Source: Acidobacteriota bacterium
GTDB lineage: Bacteria > Acidobacteriota > Thermoanaerobaculia > UBA5066 > Gp7-AA6
NCBI GenBank assembly: GCA_046725935.1
Contig: JBKOZO010000021.1
Coordinates: 2,752-66,751 of the forward strand
Length of the DNA: 64,000 bases
Reading direction: 5' to 3'
Within the stretch, counting starts at the first letter, position 1, and each line of letters opens with the position of its first letter. Below are positions 57,166 to 64,000 of the stretch, one piece after another. Both the position numbers and the translations under genes were made by a program. The notes below the pieces were generated by a model. It was not told the origin of the DNA. It did no database searches and saw only the letters and a program-made list of their open reading frames with translations.

Positions 57166-58758
57166 TCAGTTGCTCGGCGGTCGGAGAGTCTCCAGTTCGT
57201 GGAGTCGCTTCATGGCTTGCATCGCCTGGAGCGACGTGTAGTCGATGTTGGCGGCGTTGAGGCTGCTTCCCTGCTGGAACGGATAGTCCGGCAGGCTCAG
57301 CAGGAACGCCTTCAGTTTCTCTTGCACCGGCACGAACAGCCAGATGTTGTCGGCGTACCAGCGCAGGTACAGGCCCGACTCTCGGGCCGCCTTCTCGAAG
57401 GGATCCGCGCGCAGGTTGTCGATCTCGGGCCAGGCCGGGACGTCGCGGACGGCCGTCGCAATGTTGCCCTGAAGGACGGCGAAGTGGACCTTCCAGTCGT
57501 TCCAACGGATTGCGTTCAGCTCTCCGCCCTGGCCGAAATAGAAGATCTCCTGGCGCGGGCCCTTCTTGACCTCACCCTTGAGGAACGGCAGAAAGTTGTA
57601 GCCGTCGAGATGGACCTTCCAGGTCTTCCCGTTGGCGGCGTACCCCTTCTTCAGCTTTTCGACTATGTCCGGCTCACCCGCGGCGGCAAGCAGCGTCGGC
57701 ATCCAGTCTTCCTGCGAGAAGATGTCGTTGACGATCGTCCCGGGCTTGATCACGCCGGGCCAGCGCACCAGCATCGGAACCCGAAAGCCGCCCTCCCAGG
57801 TCGTGCCCTTCTCGCCGTGGAATTGCGTCATGCCGCCATCCGGCCAGGTGCCGACTTCGGCGCCGTTGTCCGTGCCGTAGATGACGATCGTGTTGTTCGC
57901 GATGCCGAGATCGTCGAGTTGCTTCAGGACCTGGCCGACCATGTCGTCATGCTCGACCAGGCCGTCGGGATAGAGGCCGATCCCCGTGCGGCCCTGCGCG
58001 GACGGTTTCAAATGCGTCCAGACGTGCATGCGGGTCGTGTTGAACCAGACGAAGAAGGGCTTGCCCCCCTTGGCCGCGTTTGCGACGAACTTCTGCTCCG
58101 CGTCGTAGATCTCCATGTCCATGGTCGGCATGCGCGCCTGCGTCAACGCTCCCGTATCCTCGATCTTCTGGCCGCCCTTGCCATCGGACCAAGTGTGCAG
58201 GACGCCCCTCGGGCCGAACTTCTTCTTGAAATCCGGATCCTTGGGGTAGTAGTAGGTTTCGGGCTCTTCCTCGGCATTGAGGTGGTAGAGGTTGCCCAGG
58301 AACTCGTCGAAGCCGTGCACCGTCGGAAGGTGCTTGTCCTGGTCGCCGAGATGGTTCTTGCCGAACTGGCCCGTCGCGTAGCCTTGCGGCTTGAGCAGAT
58401 CGGCGATCGTCGGCGCCCAGTCCGGAATGCCGTGCGGCGACCCCGGCATTCCGATCGTCAAGAGTCCCGTCCGGAAGGGATGCTCGCCGAGAATGAACGA
58501 CGCGCGCCCGGCGGTGCAGCTCTGTTGGGCATAAGAGTCGGTGAAGAGAGCGCCCTCCTTCGCTATGCGGTCGATGTTCGGCGTGCGGTAACCCATCGTC
58601 CCGAGGTTGTAGGCGCTCAGGTTGTAGGCGCCGACGTCGTCGCCCCAGATGACGAGGATGTTGGGCTTCTTCGCAGGTGTCTGCGCCAGCGCCGGGGTCG
58701 ACGCCGCCAGCATGGCGAGAGAGGCAACGAGTCCAGCGGAGGTTCGATGCACGTTCAT
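57166..58758 (-). CDS. arylsulfatase (Cys-type, formylglycine-dependent)
   Basis: Signal peptide, NILVIWGDDVG, and the sulfatase signature SCTAGRASF, which fits C-x-[PA]-x-R. Confidence 0.92.
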   Translation of the reverse strand: MNVHRTSAGLVASLAMLAASTPALAQTPAKKPNILVIWGDDVGAYNLSAYNLGTMGYRTPNIDRIAKEGALFTDSYAQQSCTAGRASFILGEHPFRTGLLTIGMPGSPHGIPDWAPTIADLLKPQGYATGQFGKNHLGDQDKHLPTVHGFDEFLGNLYHLNAEEEPETYYYPKDPDFKKKFGPRGVLHTWSDGKGGQKIEDTGALTQARMPTMDMEIYDAEQKFVANAAKGGKPFFVWFNTTRMHVWTHLKPSAQGRTGIGLYPDGLVEHDDMVGQVLKQLDDLGIANNTIVIYGTDNGAEVGTWPDGGMTQFHGEKGTTWEGGFRVPMLVRWPGVIKPGTIVNDIFSQEDWMPTLLAAAGEPDIVEKLKKGYAANGKTWKVHLDGYNFLPFLKGEVKKGPRQEIFYFGQGGELNAIRWNDWKVHFAVLQGNIATAVRDVPAWPEIDNLRADPFEKAARESGLYLRWYADNIWLFVPVQEKLKAFLLSLPDYPFQQGSSLNAANIDYTSLQAMQAMKRLHELETLRPPSN

Positions 58759-58782
58759 GGCTCCCTCAACTTGCGAATACGT

Positions 58783-58808
58783 GCGGGCGGTCCTTTCGGA
58801 CCGCCCGC
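58783..58808 (-). terminator. 11-bp GC-rich intercistronic hairpin between the two sulfatase genes
   Basis: GCGGGCGGTCC tttc GGACCGCCCGC is a perfect stem. There is no U-run, so it may act as a stabiliser or attenuator rather than a full terminator. Confidence 0.45.
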
Positions 58809-58836
58809 GAATGCTTCGATGCGTTGGTCTCCCCGA

Positions 58837-60564
58837 CTACTGGCTCTGATGCGGCGCCTTCTTGAGCTGATCCATGACCTGCGACAGGTTGTAGCTCGCC
58901 GGATCCTGCATCGGCGGGTACTTCTGGTAGGTCTCGAGCTCCTTGAGCCAGAGCACCTGACCGATCGGTAGCATGTTCCAGTCGTAGATGTAGGCGGTCA
59001 CGGGTCCGGCCAGAACGCCGCCCATTCCCGTGAGGGTCTTGTACTGCTGACCGAGGGACGTTTCGAACGGATCGCGCTTGATGTTGACCACTTGGGCCCA
59101 GTGGTATGGCAGAGCACCGGCGATGAAACCGGCCGGATCGTCGGAAACCATCGTGAAATAGATCTTCCAGTTCTTGTACCGGACCGCTGACGGCTGAGCG
59201 CCGGAGTAGTAGAAGAAAACGTCGGTCGCCGGCTTTGCCGATTTGCCAGTCAGGTAGTCGATCTGGTCGTGGCCGTCGAGCGTCGTCTTGACGATTCCTG
59301 GGTAGGTCCCCGATTCGATCTTCTTCTTGAGCTCGTCGCCCTTAGGCCCGCCGGCGATGTCGACGAACGTGGGCAGCCAGTCGAGGGACGCGAAGATGTC
59401 GTTGAAGACGGTTCCAGGCTTGATGACTCCCTTCCAGCGGATGACGCACGGAGCGCGCATGCCGCCTTCCCAGGTGCTGAGCTTCCCGCCCTTGAACGGC
59501 GTGGTTCCCCCATCGGGATAGGTGATGGTCTCGGCGCCGTTGTCGGTCGTGAAGACGACGATCGTGTTGTCGAGCTGGCCCATGTCCTCGAGCTTCTTCA
59601 AGACCACGCCGATGTTGTCGTCCATCTGCTTCATGCCGGCTTCGTTGACGCCCCAATCCTTGCCGCCGGGCTCGCCGACCATGGCCATGTACTTGTCCGA
59701 CAGCACGGTCGTGATGTGCATGCGCGCCGGGTTGTACCAGACGAAGAACGGCTTGTTGGTCTTCTTGGGGTCGTTGCGGTCGAGGAAGTCGACGACCTTG
59801 GCCGAGATCTCCTCATCCACGGTCTTGGAACGCTCGAGCGTCAACGGGCCCTGATCCTGGCAAGTCTGATTCTTCGACGTACCGTCGGAGGACTTGCACC
59901 AGAGAACCGGGCGGGGTGGCGTCAGGCAGACGGACGTCGCCGGATCGACCGCTCCGGGAACCTCGGGGAGGCCGGGAATCGGCGTGTTCTTGCAGGGCGG
60001 CGCGACGGTCTGCTGGGTCGGCGTCTTGTTGATGTCCGGAAAGCTCACGCCCTGCATCGCGTCCAGGTGATACAGGTAGCCCCAAAACTCGTGGAATCCG
60101 TGCGCCGTCGGCAGCGCGTCGGTGTGGTCGCCCAGATGGTTCTTGCCGAACTCACCGGTGTTGTAGCCGAGGTCGCGCAGGAACCATGCGAGCGCCGGAG
60201 TTCCGGGCCGCAGATAGGACGGGCTGCCCGGCAGCTGCGGCGGGATCATTCCGGTTCTCAGAGGATGCATCCCTGTGAAGAAGGCGTTGCGCCCCGCGGT
60301 GCAGCTCTGCTCCGCGTAGTACGTCATGAAGATGCCGCCCTCGTTGCCGATGCGGTCGATGTTGGGGGTTTCCCCGACCATCAGGCCGCGGTGGTAGATG
60401 CTCGGCTGGTAGATCCCGATGTCGTCGCCCATGATGAACAGGATGTTGGGCTTGCCCGAGGCCGAAGCCGGCTTCGCTTGCTGCGAGGTTTGAGCCAAGG
60501 CCGCCATGCTCATCGCCAGGCCGAGCAGGACGGCGACAAAAATCCGTGGATTGACCCTTGGCAT
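58837..60564 (-). CDS. arylsulfatase (Cys-type, formylglycine-dependent)
   Basis: AGGAGG lies 5 nt before the ATG. Signal peptide, NILFIMGDDIG and SCTAGRNAF. Confidence 0.92.
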   Translation of the reverse strand: MPRVNPRIFVAVLLGLAMSMAALAQTSQQAKPASASGKPNILFIMGDDIGIYQPSIYHRGLMVGETPNIDRIGNEGGIFMTYYAEQSCTAGRNAFFTGMHPLRTGMIPPQLPGSPSYLRPGTPALAWFLRDLGYNTGEFGKNHLGDHTDALPTAHGFHEFWGYLYHLDAMQGVSFPDINKTPTQQTVAPPCKNTPIPGLPEVPGAVDPATSVCLTPPRPVLWCKSSDGTSKNQTCQDQGPLTLERSKTVDEEISAKVVDFLDRNDPKKTNKPFFVWYNPARMHITTVLSDKYMAMVGEPGGKDWGVNEAGMKQMDDNIGVVLKKLEDMGQLDNTIVVFTTDNGAETITYPDGGTTPFKGGKLSTWEGGMRAPCVIRWKGVIKPGTVFNDIFASLDWLPTFVDIAGGPKGDELKKKIESGTYPGIVKTTLDGHDQIDYLTGKSAKPATDVFFYYSGAQPSAVRYKNWKIYFTMVSDDPAGFIAGALPYHWAQVVNIKRDPFETSLGQQYKTLTGMGGVLAGPVTAYIYDWNMLPIGQVLWLKELETYQKYPPMQDPASYNLSQVMDQLKKAPHQSQ

Positions 60565-60588
60565 ACGTTCCTCCTAAGTCTGTAAGGC

Positions 60589-61035
60589 TTACTTCTCCAG
60601 CTTGACCTTGAGCCCCTCGGCCGCCACCTTGAGGCTGGCGCCCTTGGTGACGCTCGTCAGCACGATCTGAACTTTCTTGTCGTTGATGAGGGCCATCGCG
60701 CCCTTGCCCTCCTGGACGGCGATGTCCGCGCCGGCGGCGGCGTAGACACCGTTGATATCGTCCAGGTTCTTGAGGTCGTAGACGTTGCCGGTCGCTTCGG
60801 CTTTCGTCACCCCGACTTCGCCCACCGACAGCCCTTCGACCTTGAACTTGTAGGTCTTGCCCTTGTAGTTGAGCGTCCCGTGGCCCCAGCTCCACCCGAT
60901 CCCGACGGCGACGGAGCCTTCGGAGAGCTTGACTGTGCCGTCGGGAGTCTTCTTGTCGGCTCCCTGCAGTACGGCGCCGGCCACCAGGAACACTCCAAGC
61001 AGGACTGCAATCCATCGACTCTGGTTCCGTGGCAT
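60589..61035 (-). CDS. small secreted hypothetical protein (148 aa)
   Basis: AAGGAGG lies 8 nt before ATG 61035. Signal/TM segment WIAVLLGVFLVAGAVL. The sequence is Gly-rich and beta-like: VAVGIGWSWGHGTLNYKGKTYKFKVEGLSVG. Confidence 0.65.
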   Translation of the reverse strand: MPRNQSRWIAVLLGVFLVAGAVLQGADKKTPDGTVKLSEGSVAVGIGWSWGHGTLNYKGKTYKFKVEGLSVGEVGVTKAEATGNVYDLKNLDDINGVYAAAGADIAVQEGKGAMALINDKKVQIVLTSVTKGASLKVAAEGLKVKLEK

Positions 61036-61089
61036 CCCGAGTTCCTCCTTCTTGGTGCGCATACCCCTCCTCTTTCGTCGAAGCTCCCT

Positions 61090-61482
61090 CTAATTCGCCT
61101 CTCGATGCCCTTCTTCGGTGAGCGCCGTATCGACGGCGCTCACCAGCTGGCGTCCTTCGAATGGCTTGACCAGAAATGCGACGGCGTTCAGCTCTCGGGC
61201 TTCTTTTCGAGCCGAAGCCGTGTCGTGCGCCGTGATGAAGATGACCGGGTAGATCCGCCCCATCGTCACGAGGCGGCGCTGGAGATCGAGCCCGGAGATT
61301 CCGGGCAGATGAATGTCGAGGACGACGCAGCGAAGGCTCTTGCACGGCGCCGTCGCGAGGAACTCTTCGGCCGAGCCGTAGCCTCGAGCGTCGTAGCCGG
61401 CGATCCGGAGAACTCTCTGTAAGGCTTCGCGCATCCCGGTGTCGTCCTCCACGACTGCGATCGCGCCTTTTTGACCCAACAT
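61090..61482 (-). CDS. stand-alone response-regulator receiver (CheY-like, 130 aa)
   Basis: ATG 61482 gives MLGQKGAIAVVEDDTGMREAL...CVVLDIHLPGISG...PVIFITAH...AFLVKPF. The rest of listed ORF 61090-62391 is a shadow. Confidence 0.85.
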   Translation of the reverse strand: MLGQKGAIAVVEDDTGMREALQRVLRIAGYDARGYGSAEEFLATAPCKSLRCVVLDIHLPGISGLDLQRRLVTMGRIYPVIFITAHDTASARKEARELNAVAFLVKPFEGRQLVSAVDTALTEEGHREAN

Positions 61483-61586
61483 TTCCTGGATGCACGATCC
61501 GCCGGCCGGACGACTCGGAAAAGCCGGATGTTGGGGAGGAGGGGTATTGTCCTTTGGGGCAACGCGGATGCCCCGGGCCCGGGGAG

Positions 61587-62216
61587 TTAGCTTCTCGAGC
61601 GCGAGCGCGACCGGAGCCAGCCGTCGGCGTGGACGAGACCCGCGACGGAGTCGGCCTGCATCTTCTCCATGATCCGGGCGCGATGCGCCTTGACCGTGCG
61701 CTCGGAGGTCCCCAGCAGAGCCGCGATCTGCTTGTTGAGACGGCCGGCCACGACGAGCTCGAAGACCTCTTTTTCTCTCGGAGTGAGATTCGCGAATCGC
61801 TCCGCCACTTCCTTCCGACGGCCCGTGGACTCGGCCTCCGCCTCTTGCCGGGCCAGGGCTTGCCGGATCGCCGGGATGAGCTCGCTGCGCCGGACCGGCT
61901 TGGTCAGAAAGTCGGCCGCCCCCTGGCGCATCGCGCGCACGCTTTGCGGGATGTCGCCGTGTCCCGTCAGGAAGATCACGGGAAGGCTGTCGCCGCGCCT
62001 GGCCAAGGCCTCGTGGAGCTCGAGTCCGCTCGGCCCCGGCATCCGGACGTCGAGGAGGACGCAGCCGGATCCATCCGGGGAAGGCTCGAGAAGGAAGTCT
62101 CCTGCGGAGCCGTAGACCCGAACCTCGTATCCCGCGGCGCGCAGCAGCCTCGAGATAGCCGTGCGAAAGGAGGGATCGTCGTCGACGACGTGGACGACGG
62201 AAGCGTTCTCGGTCAC
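61587..62216 (-). CDS. FixJ/LuxR-family response regulator
   Basis: VHVVDDDPSFR...VLLDVRMPGPSG...FLTKP, and a LuxR HTH (LTPREKEVFELVVAGRLNKQIAALLGTSERTVKAHR). The start overlaps the kinase stop (ATGA). Confidence 0.9.
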   Translation of the reverse strand: MTENASVVHVVDDDPSFRTAISRLLRAAGYEVRVYGSAGDFLLEPSPDGSGCVLLDVRMPGPSGLELHEALARRGDSLPVIFLTGHGDIPQSVRAMRQGAADFLTKPVRRSELIPAIRQALARQEAEAESTGRRKEVAERFANLTPREKEVFELVVAGRLNKQIAALLGTSERTVKAHRARIMEKMQADSVAGLVHADGWLRSRSRSRS

Positions 62217-64000
62217 GTGGCCGGTTCCGGCACCGGCGCTGAGTCCTCGCGGATCCTCGTCCGGGGCTGCGGAGAGGCCGGCAGGGCAAACCGGAACGTC
62301 GCCCCTCCGTAGAGGTTGTTCTCGGCGACGATCGTCCCGCCGTGCGCCTCGACGATCGAACGGCAGATCGAAAGCCCCAGCCCCACTCCATGCTTCTTCG
62401 TGGTGAAAAACGACTGGAAGAGCCGATTTCGATCGCCTTCCTCGATCCCGTGGCCCGTGTCGGTCACACGCACTTCGACCACGCCCCCCGCGGCTCTCGT
62501 CGAAATGACCAGGCGCCGCCGGATCACCGTCGTCACAGACATGGCATCGATACCGTTCATCGCCAGGTTGATCAGGACCTGCTGGAGCGACACCGCGTCC
62601 GCCTGGACGGCCGGCAGATCGGAGGCCAGATCTTTCTGGATCGCCACGGCGTGCCGCCGCGCTTCGTGCTCGAGGAGCTGCGCCACGGACTCGACGATCG
62701 GGTTCAGATCGACGGCTTTCGTCTCGATCTCGCGCTTGCCAGCGAGCTCGCGGACTCGCCGTACGACCTCGCTCGCTCGCAGATCGTCTCGACGGATGTC
62801 GGAAAGGATCCGACGGATCTCCTCGAGGTTCCCATTTTCGGACTCGAGCAGCATCTCGGCGGCCTCGGCATTCGCCAGGATCGCCCCGAGAGGCTGGTTG
62901 ATCTCGTGCGATATGGAGGCCGTCAGCTCGCCCACCGCCGTCAGGCGGCCGGCGTGGGCCAGCTCCCGCCGCCGCTGCCGGTTCTCGTCCTCGGCGCGGC
63001 GTCTCTGCCGGCGCTCGATGAGGAGAGCGGCGAGCAGAACGGTTTCCGCCACGAGAGCGAGACCGACGGCGACGACCCTCTTCCAGTACTGACGCCAGAA
63101 GGACGGTTCCCGGTATCGAATCTCGTAGTCGGACGGCACGCGGTGCGCCGGGATGCCGAAGCGCTTCAGCTGCCGTGCGTCGACGGCGAGCAGTCGCGGT
63201 GACCCCGGCATGATGGGGATCGAGGAGGGCGTCTCGCCTCTGAGGATGCGAGCCCCGAGCTGGGCCGCCGCGCGCCCGGTGAACCCGTAGTCGAACATCG
63301 CGCCGCCGAGCGTCCCCGTGCCGAGGAACGTCGCGTGCACGCCGTAGACCGGGACCGAGGAGGCCGCCGCCAGAGCCTTCGCCGCATCCCGAGGAACGAT
63401 CGCCCGGCCCTGGGAATCGCGATACATCATCGTGTAGAGAAGGATCGTGTCCCTCGGGAGTTTTCCGAACTCCCGCGGAAAGTCCCCCATGGGAACGCCG
63501 GATTTGGCCGCGACTGGAAGGGGCGGCTGCATCGCCTCGAGGCTCCTGACCGCCTCCTGAATCGTCGTCACGTCCCGGTCTCCCGACCCGCCGACGACGA
63601 GAATGCGCCGCGCATCCGGCTGCAGGACGCGGGCCAGGTTCACCGTCCCCGTGAAGTCCTCCACGTCTACGATTCCGGTGGACCAGTCGGGCCGGATTCG
63701 GCTCTGGAAGTACTTCGGGTCGACGTTGGTGAACACGACGGGCGAATCGGGCCAGAGCTGGCCCCGGTACCGGATGAGAAAGTCGAGGGCCAGGTCGGTC
63801 AGCGCGAAGACCAGCGCGGGCTGGCGCTCTCCATACTTCCGGAGCAGGAAGGACGCGAGCTCGTCCTCGAACTTCTCGGTGTGGAAGCGATACGCGTCCA
63901 TGCCCTCGGAATAGAACTCGAGAGGCCCGAGATTCGTGTCTGACAGGACCTGCCGGATCGCGCCGTCGATGACCTGGCCCGCCGGCAGCATGACCTCGGC
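62213..64000 (-). CDS. sensor histidine kinase with a periplasmic ABC-substrate-binding-like domain; N-terminus beyond the right edge
   Basis: The frame remains open upstream of the listed M at 63991. TM segment VVAVGLALVAETVLLAALLI. H-box SISHEINQPLGAI. HATPase motifs (NLAMNGIDAM, DTGHGI, GVGLGL). Confidence 0.85.
   Translation of the reverse strand, partial: AEVMLPAGQVIDGAIRQVLSDTNLGPLEFYSEGMDAYRFHTEKFEDELASFLLRKYGERQPALVFALTDLALDFLIRYRGQLWPDSPVVFTNVDPKYFQSRIRPDWSTGIVDVEDFTGTVNLARVLQPDARRILVVGGSGDRDVTTIQEAVRSLEAMQPPLPVAAKSGVPMGDFPREFGKLPRDTILLYTMMYRDSQGRAIVPRDAAKALAAASSVPVYGVHATFLGTGTLGGAMFDYGFTGRAAAQLGARILRGETPSSIPIMPGSPRLLAVDARQLKRFGIPAHRVPSDYEIRYREPSFWRQYWKRVVAVGLALVAETVLLAALLIERRQRRRAEDENRQRRRELAHAGRLTAVGELTASISHEINQPLGAILANAEAAEMLLESENGNLEEIRRILSDIRRDDLRASEVVRRVRELAGKREIETKAVDLNPIVESVAQLLEHEARRHAVAIQKDLASDLPAVQADAVSLQQVLINLAMNGIDAMSVTTVIRRRLVISTRAAGGVVEVRVTDTGHGIEEGDRNRLFQSFFTTKKHGVGLGLSICRSIVEAHGGTIVAENNLYGGATFRFALPASPQPRTRIREDSAPVPEPAT

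Overview
This is a high-GC chromosomal segment: hand counts on single 60-nt lines give about 70-75% GC in core genes. It comes from a Gram-negative bacterium, probably an Acidobacteriota-like soil organism. That placement is an inference from gene content (LpxC, OmpA, TonB_C, Hanks kinases, many TPR fusions). I can support about 56 protein-coding genes, one tRNA-Lys(CUU) and several repeat or hairpin elements. I saw no rRNA, CRISPR array, transposase, integrase or phage genes. Most of the window is housekeeping (uvrA, smpB, lpxC, nadE, glyA, folC, accD, yebC-ruvC), arranged in long co-directional strings with many 4-nt ATGA/GTGA start/stop overlaps. The supplied ORF track is dominated by Arg/Gly/Pro-rich shadow ORFs typical of high-GC DNA. 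Real starts often lie well inside the listed ORFs. One real gene (1-1489, minus strand) is missing from the track because it runs off the window edge. Candidates for something new, in my order of interest: (1) a 918-aa pseudo-receiver / Hanks kinase / TM / TonB_C fusion that leads a small coiled-coil gene and a BtuFCD-type importer (40075-45722); (2) an NtrY-like sensor kinase split by an in-frame TAG, inside a DUF4390-ntrY-ntrX cluster downstream of lpxC, which has a sigma-54-like promoter in front of it; (3) a lower-GC left-hand patch carrying a translationally coupled duplicated-zinc-ribbon cassette; (4) a lower-GC, roughly 10-kb sulfatase/HAD/porin locus with a two-component system at its head; (5) inverted arrays of tandem heptamers at two gene junctions, plus a MITE-like inverted-repeat element. 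All functional calls come from motif recognition by eye. No database search or folding program was available.
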